Both the position numbers and the translations under genes were made by a program. 64,000 nt of DNA from the NCBI GenBank assembly GCA_013239625.1, contig MU054187.1, forward strand, positions 15,162,974 through 15,226,973, read 5' to 3'. Origin of the DNA: Lama guanicoe. Its lineage: Eukaryota. Positions within the stretch are counted from its first letter, which is position 1. The number at the start of each line of letters is the position of its first letter. Shown here one piece after another: positions 50,881 to 63,634 of this stretch. Below the pieces are notes generated by a model. That model was not told the DNA's origin. It worked only from the letters and a program-made list of their open reading frames with translations, and made no database searches.

Positions 50881-51878
50881 TGAAAAGACAATCTACTGAA
50901 TGGGAGAAGATACCTGCAAATAGTATGACCTATAAGGGGTTAATATATACAAACAGCTTATACAATGCAACATCAAAAAAACAAACAACTCGATTAAAAA
51001 TGGGCAGAAGAACTGAATAGACATCTTTCCAAAGAGGAGATGAAGGTGGCCAATAGGCACATGAAAAGATGCTCAACATCACTAATCATCAGAGAAATGC
51101 AAATCAAACCACACTGAGACATCACCTCACAATTGTCAAAATGGCTATCATCAGAAAGACCACAAGTAACAAATGTTGGTGGTGATGTGGAGAAAAGGGA
51201 TCCCTTGTACACTGTTGGTGAAAATGTAAATTGATACAGCCACTACAGAGAGTAGTATGGAGGTTCCCCCCAAAGACTAAAAATAGATCTACCATATGAT
51301 CCAGCAATTCTGCTCATGGGTATTTATCTGGAAAAACCCAAAACACTAATTTGAAGAGATATATGCACTCCAATGTTCTTGGCAGCATTATTTACAACCT
51401 CCAAGGCATGGAAACAACCTAAGTGTCCATCAACAGATGAACGGATAAAGAAGATGTGAGGTATCTCTCTCTCTATATATATATCTATACACACACGCAC
51501 ACACACACATGCACACAATGGAAGCCATGAAGAAGAATAAAACTTGCCATTTGCAGCAACATGGTCGGACTTGGAGGGCATTAGGCTAAGTGAAATAAGT
51601 CAGACAGAGAAAGAAAAATACTGTATAATATCACTTATATGTAGAATCTAAAAAATACAACAAACTTGTGAATAAAACAAAAAAGACGCAGAATCATAGA
51701 CACAGAGAACAAACAAGTGGTAACCAGAAGGGAGACAGAAAGGGGAAGGAGCAATATAGGGATAGGGGAAAAAAGGGTTATTATGGGATTATATGAAATC
51801 ATATTGTGAAATTTTTGAAAATTATAAAAACACTATAGAATTTAAAGAATCTTTTATTCAATTAAAAAAGGAAAAAAT
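50881..51878 (+). mobile_element. Relatively young 5'-truncated L1 (ORF2 end plus 3' UTR, A tail), cetartiodactyl-like 3' end
   Basis: tgaaaagacaatctactgaatgggagaagata...ctaccatatgatccagcaattc...agggttattatgggattatatgaaatcat...tagaatttaaagaatctttt; contains a (CT)(TA)(CA) microsatellite at about 51465-51516. Confidence 0.93.
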
Positions 51879-52058
51879 GGTATGCAACCCATACAAAACT
51901 CTCACTCCTCCATTGCTACATTAGTTATAAAGTTTATGAATGAAAAATGCATTCTATGATAAAAAAAAGATGATGCGTTATAATAAAGGGAGACCAAGTG
52001 CCATGGCAATGAATATGGAAAGTTGTAAAAGTTGAATTCTTCTAGGTATTAATTGTAT

Positions 52059-52200
52059 GAGAGAGAGAGCCAGACACAGAGACAGAGAGACAGAGAGAGA
52101 GAAAAGAGAGACTGAGAGAGACAGGGAAAGACAGAGACAGAGGGAGAGGCAAGGAAAGAAAGAGACAGAGAGAAAGAGATAGAGAGAGAGAGAGAGAGAC
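52059..52200. repeat. GA-rich (GA/GACA)n simple repeat
   Basis: Direct reading; it produces the SLSLSL spurious ORFs. Confidence 0.95.
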
Positions 52201-52289
52201 TATATTTATGCACATCAGAAAGAGGGGTGAAGGGTAGAGTGGGGAGAAGATGGGGAAGATGGTTAATGGAAGTTCTGACAGAAAGAAGA

Positions 52290-52510
52290 GCATGAACAAA
52301 GAAAAAGAGGGTCATGGAGGCACTTGATTTATGACCAAGGCTTGTCCAAGATAAATTTTTAAATTTCATCATGTCTGAAGTGAAGAGAAATGGGAAATTT
52401 TAAAAAGGGAATGGCATGGTCAAGATATGTCTTAAGTAGCCAACTTTAGTATTAATTGAAAACTAAATTGAAGAACAAAAGAGACTAGAGAAAGTAGAAC
52501 ATTAAGAACA
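52290..52510 (-). mobile_element. L2 LINE fragment
   Basis: gaaatgggaaattttaaaaagggaatggcatggtcaagatatgtctta. Confidence 0.5.
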
Positions 52511-52729
52511 CAATTTTCATCATCTTCAAAATTTCTACTTTACCGTCCAAGTCCTGTTATATGAGTTTTTAAATTAATCACATGAAAAAAAAATTGCCAA
52601 AGAATAAAGTGATCTTTGGTGATGCCATTGAGTCATTAATCTGATTTTGGATTTTGTCCACATATAATCCACATGTTGACATCTAGATATTCATGCTGAT
52701 GGACCCATATTCATGGAAACAAAATTTCT

Positions 52730-52840
52730 CACTTCAGCCTAGGTTCAAATTCTGGCTCAACCACTAGATGAGCTTTATGACACTTGGGAAGTTACTTAAT
52801 TTCTCTATGTCTTAGGTCCTTCATTTATAAAGCTGGGAAA
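52730..52840 (+). mobile_element. MIR SINE core
   Basis: cctaggttcaaattctggctcaaccactag...cttgggaagttacttaatttctctatgtctta. Confidence 0.8.
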
Positions 52841-55800
52841 ACAAGAGGAAGAAACAGATCGACAGACTCACAGTAGAAGTTTTTATCAGTTAGAGGACAT
52901 TAGCTTAAAAGATAACAACATGTCCTTATATAACCTTATATAACAAGACAACGTAAAAAAATGCAAGTGTATTAAAGAATCATATTATTTTCTGAATAAC
53001 TTCTTTGGACATATCTTTTCTCTTTAGTTACCTGACCAATGTGTCACATGGCAGGATCAGATGAAAAGAACAGATAGATATTTTTGGTTAAAAGCTAGAG
53101 TATATCTAAAATAAGTAGACCTCATCCAGAAGCAAAATTTTAGCTACATTTTAAAGAGATTTTCTATTTCTCATTTGGAAGACACCATATTAGGAGAAAA
53201 AAGCATTTAAAATGAGCCAAATAAATTCCATTCAATTCTATGTTCTTTTTAGTCTATAATTTATCTTCATAATACTTTGGGAAGCAGTCAAATCCTACAG
53301 ATTTATCCTCTCCTGAAAACTTTTTTCACAATATGTGTTCTTTATAATTACCATTTGATGTGATATAAAGTCTGTGCCTGGATTTCAAAACATCATACAC
53401 ATGAGCAGCTTTACTATTTAATGGCTTAATTTTATTTCATTGTCAAAGCCTGTTTCTATGACTCTTCATCTCAGAAGTGGATAGAAGGCAATGGTATCTA
53501 TTAAAATTTTTTTGATTTTTTGAAGTGTTCTGAGGTACTCTTTCCCAGTTGTCCCATGATGAAAGGTTGGAATAGAAGCCAAAATTCAAAGACAGAAACT
53601 CAGTCAGAAGTTGGCGTTTTGCCTGTGACTTGGTGGACCTGTTAAATAACCTTTGAGGAAAAACAGATTCCAACTATATCAAACACAGTGAAGGAGTAAG
53701 TTCAGAAAACAGTACTCTTGATTTGGTAGAAGTCCATGAGCACTAACTCTGTCCATAAATGGGTTGAAAGCAACGAAGGGCTGGAAGGAGTAGGTATTTT
53801 CAATCTTTCTTGTTGAAAACCACTAGTGGAAACAAGGAACAAGGACAAACACAATGTACCGATGTTATAATTCATGGATTTGTGTCAAATATTTTTCTAC
53901 TCTCATGTTTATGTTAAGTGGTGGCTTTGTAGATTTTAAGAACTATATAATGAAGTGCTGCATTCAAGGCCAACTTGAGTCTTTTCTCTTCGAGCTAAAG
54001 AACACATTACAACATACCTTCTTGAATAGAAAATCAGCATTCTAGAGACTACTCAGAGAAGGTTTCCCTGGATATTTTGTGTTTCCATTGCTTGGCTACT
54101 CTCACTTTCATGGCTGAAGGCAAAATTTTTTTTTGCCATGAAGGACTGTTGTGTAGATTCTGCAAAGAGAAATATTTGAACAGATAGTTTCTTTCTACCA
54201 CTTCCATGAGTTTCCAAAAGCCATATATATGATATTCCTCTGTGGAGAGTATCGTTATGTTTTCATTATAGTGGGATGGAGAGATAGAAAATCTGGTTCA
54301 ACGAGTTTTACAATGTTACAAAACTGATGGGTTAGCTTATCCTTTCTGCATTAATTGTGAAGCATGGGAGAATAATTTTTTCTAAACTTTGTATACCAAT
54401 AGGATGCCATTTTCAATGGCTTTGCCTTTTGTAGAGTTATAATGATTAAACAAAATTTCTGTTACAATGAATGTATGGAAAAGAGATAGAAAAGATAAGA
54501 TTCACAAAATTTACATAAGATATTGAAAGGTGTTAGAATAAATGCATAACAAGATGATTTGAAGTTGCAGGATACTGTCATCATCCTATCAGCAAAATGT
54601 CTTTCTAATTGTAAGAATCCCAAATGGCAAAACCACGTTTGTTGATTGTACAATTCATTAAGATTCTCTTTTATGAGTGAAAGCTCTGTAAGCTGCATTA
54701 TGGACATAAGAAACCCATCACTACTCTGGAAGATCTCAGAGGGGAGTGGATGATGCCACTTTTGGTTAAAAAAAAATGTAGTGCCTTTTTAGTTGAAGAA
54801 GACTTCTGATGAAAGCCAGATGTTAAGTAAATTTCAAAATAGGTGACTGCCCAACTGGCGAAAACATCTCAAGAGATTTATCAAGTTAGATGTCATAAAG
54901 TGAACATGGCATTCAAGAAGCACTGTTGGCTATATGTGGAGTAGTTGTGACATGCATTTTGAGACATTTTTGAACTAAAAGTCTACACCAAACTCATTCC
55001 AGTGCATATTCTTTTTATCTTTCCTAGACTTTATAAGTTAAAATGGAAGCCAGTTGTGTTTCTGCTTTTCCCTTAGAGTAACAGATCCCAGTAGAGGGTC
55101 AGCCTGACATTTTCTTTTGTTAAAACAAGCTTGTCGAATTATTCTTGTATTCCAATGAAAGATGATTGTTTCATTTTGGGTGTAACAATATCAGTTTAAA
55201 AGCATTCTCAGAAACAAGTATCTGATAATTTTGAGGTGGTGTTGAGAAGTACTGTTTTATACCAAGCAAGTAGTGTAGTAACATGACTTCTTCATAATCC
55301 ATTAAATAGCTAAATAAAAATCGAGACTACAATTAGAATTTTTCACTAGCAAGTTCAATTTCCTAAAGAAGATAATGGTTCAATTGCATTAGGACAACGG
55401 AACTATTGTTTTCTCTTTCTCTAAAAAGATTCAGTATCTGAGACATGTCATAATAGTAGATTTTACAACCATAAACTAACTCTAAATGTGCATGTTGTAC
55501 TTGCTTGGACAAAACAGGAACACAATTTGTAAATGCAGTGTTAAGGATAGATATGTCAGCTGAGAATGAAAAGTACTATTAAGCTTAATAAAAACAAATG
55601 AAGGTCATCAGCAGGAAAAGTTATGTTGTATTTTGAGAGCCTTGAACAAATTTGGTCTGAGTTTTTCTCTTCGAAAGGACAGCTAATGTCCAGTTGAGTG
55701 TGAGAAAAGTTTCTTCCCACACTTTCAAAGAAATAGGGCCATTATGACTTGTTTCTCACGACTTTATATTTCTTTAGGAATACAGATAAAGTCTAGTTTT

Positions 55801-56043
55801 AGTAGATAAGAGAGTTGAGAGTCTAAAAGGCCTTTGCTGTTAATTATGCTTTAACAGGCCATCATGAAATTATAGAGATATTAGTTTCACACTATCAGGG
55901 GAGGCGGACAGTTTTACCTGGTACGGTACTTAGTGTCTCCAGAGGTAAGAAAAAAGACAGAGACTTTTCCCCTCCCAAATTATACACACTGTTCATGACA
56001 TTATTAAATTTCAATTAAGAATTGTAGATATCATTTAAAAAAT

Positions 56044-56691
56044 AGTCATTATTCACGCGTTTTGTATTTGCAAGTCTATCTGCTCGTTAAAGTTTATTTG
56101 CAACCCTCAAATCAATATTTGTGACACTTTCATGGTCATTGTGGACATGCCCATGTGTGGAATGGCAAAAAAATTGAGTTGCCTGATACATATGTTTCCA
56201 GCTGCCCTTGAATGAGACAAATTCTCTGCCGTTCTGTTTCAGCTCTTACACTGTAAACAAATGTCTTTCTTGCCATCTTTTTGGTGGTATGTTTTTCGTC
56301 ATTTTTGTGCCTTTTGTTAGCGATTTTGCTGTGTAAAATGATCTCTGTACTCAGTGCTAAGGTTCTGTCTAGCGTGGCTAAGTGGAAGAAAGCTATGTTG
56401 TGCCTCACAGAGAACATACGTGTGTCAGGTAGCTTTGCTGAGGCGTAAATGACAGTGCTGTCGGTCACGAGTTCAACGTTAATGAATCAACATCCATTAA
56501 ATAAGGGGTCTTTAAATAGAAACCTGCATAAAACAAGGTTATATATTGATCAGTTGACAAAATTGTTGTGACCAGAGGTTCACAGCAACCTAACCCTATA
56601 TTTCCCTAGTTGTATTAATTCAGTATTAACTAATTCAGTATTTGGGGCAACTTCATGGAACGTAACTGCCAGGAAAAACAAAGATCGACTG
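56044..56691 (+). mobile_element. MER82 (Tigger-family MITE), near full length
   Basis: cattattcacgcgttttgtatttgcaa...gagttcaacgttaatgaatcaaca...aaaacaaggttatatattgatcagttgac...gatcgactg followed by TA. Confidence 0.88.
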
Positions 56692-58724
56692 TATCACAAA
56701 CACAAGCCATAAGTCTTTTCCATAAGTTTTTTTTTTTGGCCATGAGTTATTCACAAACACAAGCAAAAAAATCTTTTATCATGATACAATGAACTAAAAC
56801 AACTTGCTTGCATATAAACGTTTATGGTGACAGTGACCAATTAAATTCAGTGAAATGCATAAGCCTATAATTGAGAAACGTGCAGCCATGGTTAGTTTAC
56901 TTAGAGATGCTGTATAAACAGAACTCTGGACAGATATCACGAAGAAGGTTGATTCATAGATTCAATTGAACTAAATGTGAAATAATTAATATCTTTGTTA
57001 AAATACCTGTTATCTTTTAAAGTTTCACCCAATTCAAATATCTTGTCAGCAGACTTTTCAAAAACTACTATTCAAAATAGTCTAAGATTTTAAAAAGATC
57101 AATTCCCAGTTATGAAATTCAAAACCATAGTTCTCAACTAAGGGAGTTTGGTAATCCTCACTACGGGCCCACATTTGGGAGCCTTTTCATCTTCTGTCAG
57201 GTGAATTTCATGCACCGGGCCCGTATTCAACCCAGCTACCAGATCAACACATTCTCTAAACGCATTAAATTTCGAAAGACTACAGAGTTCCTGAAGAGTT
57301 CATCTGAAAGTAAGTGGGAAAGATATTTTCCCTCTGACTTTTTAGCTCTTTTCAATATTTATGTACTGTGGTTAAAGTGCTCGAGCCATTTCAACAAGTA
57401 TCTGATTATATCTGTGCTGCAGTTTTAAAGACATGGGTCCTGATTTCTTATGCCTGAAAACGCTAGATTGTTAGTAAACAAGAATGGTTGGCAACAGCCT
57501 CGTCTTGTCATTTATTATGAACAACATACTAATAAGTCAACAATTTTTCTCTTGTCTCTGGGCCAGGACTGAAGTTAAACAGACTTCATTTTCATAATAT
57601 GTGGTGGCTGAGAAACCTAAAAGGTTAGTTAAAACTGGCTCAGTTTTATTTGGCTTTAAAGACGTCCCTGAGAGCATCTCAGATTCACCTGCATAATTTC
57701 CTAAAATGGCAAATTTATACAAGTGAGTATTTAGCTTCAAAGACTGAAAGAGCTGCTGTGTGGCGTTACCAAGCACATTAAATGGGGAAAATAAATTTCC
57801 AGCTATGAATCTCATCAGAAGAAATGTATTTTTTTTAAACACATAAATACTGGGTTAGCTTCACTAGCTAATCTAAAATTAAAATAACCTAATTCCAGGT
57901 AGTACACAGTACATAGGGTCCAGATAAATGGATTTGTAAGCGAAAGTCAAAGTGATTGCGTGAACTAAGCCTAACGGCTCTGCCTTTTAATAGAAATGAG
58001 CGGCTCTGTAGGTGAATTGCCAGATATTTTCTTCCGTATATTCTAAATTAGGGTTTTTATTTTTACTATTGAAATGTATGTACAACAGTTATCTTCATTT
58101 GGTTTGCCCCAAGAATCTTTGGTCATGAAATAAATTTTATCAATATTTGAGAAGTGTTAAAACACCACAGAGATTCTCTAATTCCATACCAAGAACGAGG
58201 GATGTTTCTAGAAGGAGTTGTGAGATTGCGCTAAACTGACTCCGCTGCAATTCCTTCTAATCTTATGGAGGCTATCCTGGCTTTGTGATATTTATTCGTC
58301 TGTCATTGAATGAACTCCTCCTTACATTTTCCACTATATACCAATCTTTTTTGCATCCCTCTTACTCTCAGGATTAACCAAAAGCCCTTTTTGCAGGGGC
58401 TAAATAAGGAATCCCCCACATTCTTTCTCCCCTATCTGAAGTCAATCCTCTCCTGCACCCTTCAGTTTTTCCAAAAATCTCACCCCAATAATTATTTATT
58501 GTCTCCTTGTAACTTCCATCTCTACATACTGACATAGAATTCTGCCTAAAAACAAAAACCTCCTAATGTATTTCGTTACATTGAACAAGAAATTTACTGA
58601 CATAAAAGTCTTTAATGTTGAATATATTCCCCTTTGACAGATTCTACCTACTTCAATCTGTTGGAATTTCTTTCTAGAAACAAACAAAGGTTACAGTAAC
58701 TGCCTGATATCAAAGGAGAAGAAG

Positions 58725-58950
58725 CAGAGATTAGCGTTAAACTCTGAATCGGCCTGTGTGTTAACTGTCACTTTCTGCAGTGCTTTGGGCAAGTTTCTTA
58801 ACCTACATGTGCTGCAGTTTCCTTATCTATAAAATAGAGAACATAATACTACCTGTTTCATAGGATTGTGATGGATTATGAGGATTAAATCAAATAATAT
58901 TTATAAACCATTTAGTGCTTAGCACCTAGTAATCACTATAAATAAAATAA
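58725..58950 (+). mobile_element. MIR SINE
   Basis: ctttgggcaagtttcttaacctacatgtgctgcagtttccttatctataaaatag...cataggattgtg...aggattaaat. Confidence 0.85.
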
Positions 58951-59439
58951 AATAAATCCAATACCCATCTTTTCTTTATTTTCTCTCCCTCGGCCTCTCA
59001 GCAGCATTTACTTTTAGTGAGTACCCCCACAGAAAACCTTTACCCGCGGTGAAACTGTGCAGCCTGGCAAGTAAACTGAAACAACTCAATATACAGGTGT
59101 TGAGAATGTTTGGTTGGCAGTTACAATTAAATTGAGGCTCAATTTAGGTAGAGAGGTACATAAAGGGAGAATTGGAACTATTTAGGACACAGAATTTTGA
59201 GCGTTTAGAGATCATTACAAAAGTAGGTTCTGTGGAAATGAGGGAAATGGTGGTTAAAGTAGAGAGGGGATTAATTGGAGTTGACGAGGTTTACAAACTG
59301 TGAAGCTTGAATCGAATTCATCCAAAGATGATGGTAGATGATAAATGCTTGAAAGAGAACTGTGGACTCTGTGTCCTTCGGGGACCCCTCGAAGTCAGCA
59401 GGCAATGGAAAAGAAAGGGAGGTACTTGTTTAAGTACAC

Positions 59440-59615
59440 TTTTAATTATTTAAGAGATAATACTACCTGGATTATTGAAATACTTTATTTTATCTGTCTT
59501 CTGTCCACTAAAGAGTTTTTATTATCGGCAACTCTACCACAAACTAGGCAAAAGAAACATATTAGTCCAAATAGATATATTAAATCACCCTACATTTATA
59601 TTTGTTAATGAATCG
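59440..59615 (+). mobile_element. L2 LINE 3' end
   Basis: ttatctgtcttctgtccacta...atatttgttaatgaat. Confidence 0.5.
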
Positions 59616-59699
59616 ACTTGTTAGAGGGTCAGATGGGAGAATGAATGGTATATACATAAAATATCTTTAAAGTAACATATGTGGGTTATCTGTCAATTT

Positions 59700-59880
59700 T
59701 ATAAGCCATCGCTATCTTAGAGTTGGCTGTTCTTCATTCTCATAATGTCCCAGGATGACATGTTTTGATTAATTATTCCACTTTCTGAGGCAACCAGAGA
59801 AATAAAGAAGCTTGAATGAGGTCATCCAGGGATCCACAGCTGAATCAGCATGAGAACTAACAGTTCCTAACTCCCACTGT
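59700..59880 (-). mobile_element. MIR SINE (degenerate)
   Basis: tcattctcataatgtccc...gcttgaatgaggtcatccaggg...gagaactaacagttcctaactccc. Confidence 0.5.
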
Positions 59881-60635
59881 AACCTCTGTATCTTCAAAAT
59901 CATAATAGACCCCAGGAGAAAATAATTGTAAACAGGTTTGTAGAGATTGAAGATGTCTTCCAAGATGGAAGTGATCTTTTTTAAAAAATTCAAATACAAT
60001 TTTATTTTGGTCTTCACAGTGACGTTTATATATTTACAGTTCATCTGCTGCTGAAACAGCAGTAGAATAGTCTTTGAAGTGATGGGTTATGCGTATATTG
60101 GCAGAGTTTAAGATAAACAATGCCAAAATACTCCTAAAAAGATTAAACTGTTAACCACAAATACATGGTTTCAGTTGGGAAGATTTATTTGTCGCTGACC
60201 AGATTAGCCATTGTAGTTAGCATTGGCTCTGGGAAAGTCATTCTTTGGTTATGGGCCAATATGCAGTATTTGTAGAAGTATAGTTGAATTTATAGGATGG
60301 ATATAGTTGACACTGCAAATTTTTTTCAGCATCAAACAGTTAATAAAAAATTCACAAAATGCTGTGTTGGCTTCGAACCTTTAAGTTTCTTTTTGGCAAC
60401 TTTGAGAGTTAAACTCTCAGATGCACTGTCTCGCAGCATTCTATCCATCTGTTTCCCTGCTGCGGTTCATGCACTAAAATGTAGTGCTCATAAAGTATGT
60501 TCCCCATTAACAGCACTGTGTTTGAGAATTCTTCAAATAGACACTTGCGATAAAAGATAATGAAATTAGAGATGGCAGAGCATATGGAAAATTGGAGTGA
60601 TGTCATAAGATAATTGACTTTTAGTAAGGACAAAC

Positions 60636-61357
60636 TGTGTGACTTGGTTTCTAAATCCCTATTCCATTTCAACCCCAACTGGATGTGTTTCAATTCAGTT
60701 CTGACACTAACCATTCAAAGCTAGCTCAGACCCACAAGCAAAAAAGCATGGTCCCTAAGAAGACTGCCTACACTGGACACCAGTCACACCTGGCTGTTTC
60801 CAGGCCATTAGCACTTTTGAATAACTGGCTATAAATTTGAAGGTTCCCACAGCCTCTTCAGGTTCAATAATTTGCTAGAGTAATTTACAGAACTCAAAAA
60901 ACAAACAAACAAAAAAAACCCAAAAAACGTTATAATTAGTTTCATTACAGAGAATACAAACCAAAAGTACTGATCAAATAAAGAGACACACAGGATGGGG
61001 TCTGGGAGAGAATGCAAAGCTTCTGTGCTGTCTTCTTATGGAATCAGGATGTTACTTTACTGACACACCAATGTGTTCATCAACCAGGAAGCTGAGCCCT
61101 GTGTTTAGAATTTCTATTGAGGATATATTATGTAGTCATAATTAATTAAATCCTTGGCCAACTGATTGAACTCAGTTTCTAGTCCCCATCCCTTCCCTGG
61201 AAGGTCCCAAACTTTTAATCATGCGGTTGATCTTTCTAGTGACCAGCCCACCATGGGTCACCTCATTAGATAACAAAGACGCTCTTACCACTCTGGAAAT
61301 CCCAAGGGTTATCTACTCTTGGAAAAAAGGAACCAAGCGTATTTTCATTATACGACA
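60636..61357 (-). mobile_element. ERVL solo LTR, MER21-like
   Basis: caattcagttctgacactaacc...aactggctataaatttgaaggttcccac...caggttcaataatttgctagag...acagaactc...ctggaaatcccaagggtt...ttcattatacgaca. Confidence 0.85.
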
Positions 61358-61369
61358 GCTCTCCCTCTC

Positions 61370-61555
61370 CACTATCTTATATAAGGTTTTCAGAAATCTC
61401 ATGAGATAGATCTTTTTTCATCCACACTTTAAAAATTAGAACACTGAAGATGAGAAATGTAATATTATATGCTAAGGGTACACTGCAAGAACATGACAGA
61501 ATCAAGATTTCGATCCCAGCTGTGTCTGCTTCAAAAGCTGTGTTTTTCCTGCTAC
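61370..61555 (-). mobile_element. MIR SINE
   Basis: atgctaagggtacactgc...gacagaatcaagatttcgatcccagctgtgtctgcttcaaaag. Confidence 0.7.
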
Positions 61556-61599
61556 CTTAAAGGAAACTATATAAACAATGGTTCCACATTGACAGGTAA

Positions 61600-61765
61600 A
61601 CATACTTATAAAGACTTGTTTAATGTCTGTTTTCCCCCTGGTAGTCCATCAACTTTGAAAGGAAGAACATGTGCTGTCTTTACCAATGGCCACATTTTCC
61701 CCAGCTCCTGATACACCCCAACTCCCAGTAGGTGTTAGGAAAATATTTATCAAACAAGCAAGTAA
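61600..61765 (+). mobile_element. L2 LINE 3' end
   Basis: tgtttaatgtctgtttcccc...cagtaggtgttaggaaaatatttatcaaa. Confidence 0.6.
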
Positions 61766-62339
61766 ATCCAAGTAAAGCGATACTCATCAGTCCTGGGTTG
61801 GACTGAAGAGACGGGACTGGCCAGGTGGGAAGAGTAGAGACTCCAAAGTGTGAAGCATTTTCAGTTGGTGGTGAATGCGCGGATGTGATGAATAACTATG
61901 CTGAATGAAGTCGGAATCGTAGGCATGAATATGAGGACTGCGTGGCAGAGGAGGAGCATGTAGTTCAAGGCACTGGAGGCCATTCAGAGATTTTGGTGCT
62001 CCTACAAGCATGTTGTACCTACATGAGCATCACTGACTTAACAACATCCTCCTCTCCACCTTACCTCCCTCAGAATCACGAGGCTTGCAAAAGTAACCAA
62101 GGAGGAGTATTACCTAGGAGCTTGCTCACTGCTGCCAAAAATTGTTGGCTTTATTATGACTTCTTGTCCTGCTTCTTTTAGATTTTTGGGGCATGATGGG
62201 AGTTACTACCACTCCCCATGAGAGTTACTAACACTGCCGCGGGCATCTGCATTAGGATTATTCCTTCTCTGTGAAAGCCTTTTTGGTAATAGTCCCTTGC
62301 CCAGTAAGTTGGCTTTTTTTTTTTTTTCCTGGATGTAAT

Positions 62340-62555
62340 AATGATGGTAATGATAATTATTAAGGTCTATGAGTGCCTTACTTGAATTATCTCATTTATT
62401 CCTCATAATAACCTAATAATGGAGGTGGGGACAGTTCTGTCCCTTTATTACAGATGGGGAAAGTGAGACTTGGGGAGCTGAAGTCATTTGCCCAAAGTCG
62501 CATAACTAATGGTGAGCAGTCCCAAAACTTTAAGCTAGATCTGATCAACAGTCAG
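62340..62555 (-). mobile_element. MIR SINE
   Basis: atctcatttattcctcataataaccta...tacagatggggaaagtgagact...gtcatttgcccaaagtcgca. Confidence 0.85.
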
Positions 62556-63634
62556 ATTCCTCATTAAGAATGTTAGAACATTTAGAGAAAACAACAATGT
62601 AAATATTTAAGAGCCCTTAGTTTTTGTTATCACTAACCAATCCTTGCTTAGGCTGGGTTGTTTTTACTTCTTAGTTCTGTCTCTTTGAAAATTAGTTTGT
62701 AACTTTCAGCCCTTCAGTTCTTTTGGGAAAAAAAAAGAAAAGGTTATTCATTTTGCTCCAAAATACAAAAAATGTCAGCCCAACCATCTGAGAAATTTGT
62801 CAAGTGTTTAGACAATCTGATATAACATCCCCATAGTGACACCACAAAGAATAAATAACAAGATAGAGACTATGTCATAAATATTGATTCTCTATGGCCA
62901 GGGCCTGCTGACTTTCATATGAAACTTTTCATTTAATTAATCTACTGCAAACAATGCAGCAAAGCTTTATTCTAATTTCATCTTTCCAAATGTTGAAATA
63001 ATCATGGCTCATAGAGTCAACTTTTTGCAGGGGGTTAAGATTCATTAAAATGTAATTCTGACTCTATCCTTTTTGAGTATGTGATGCTCTGAAATATAAG
63101 AATTTTTAAAAACCTTTCACTATATGAAAAATGTTCCAGTATCTTAAAATTCCATTTATTTTGTGGCTTAAAAATAACATCTATTATAGATTTTCCTCCT
63201 TATTTTATTGAATGAATCCAGGATAGGATAGAGAAAAAAATGAAAATTATCCAGCATGAACCACAGTTAAAATTTCACTGTATATCCTACCATCTTTTTC
63301 CATGCCTATGTGTGTGTATTTATACAGATAAAACAAAAACATCTGCCTTTTCCAGTTTCTATATTTTTAAACATCCATTAAAACATGTTACTTCTGTGAC
63401 AACCCAGCAAAGCACCCCTTTTGTCCATAGCTGCAGTTTCCTGGTGGAAGATTGTTATTCATTAAACCTCTGGACCACCTAGGAGAGTCATGCTGGGAGA
63501 GCTTAGATGGAGGAAAGTTCTGGGCAGTAATGCATCTCTAGCCCAACACTCTGTATGCTGATCTCAGTGGAAGATCCTGTTGCTTGTATCTTATGTAAAA
63601 CTTGCCCCTTCTCCTTTACTTATCCTCCAGGTCA

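Noticed and set aside
52042..52372. Ser/Leu-rich ORFs
   Set aside because: Translation of a GA microsatellite
54462..54707. Possible LINE RT motif (HFADRM resembling FADD) on the minus strand
   Set aside because: A single weak motif with no supporting flanking RT motifs
55088..55103. CTCF-like CCAGTAGAGGGTCAGC
   Set aside because: The critical GGC end of the core is disrupted, so the match is weak
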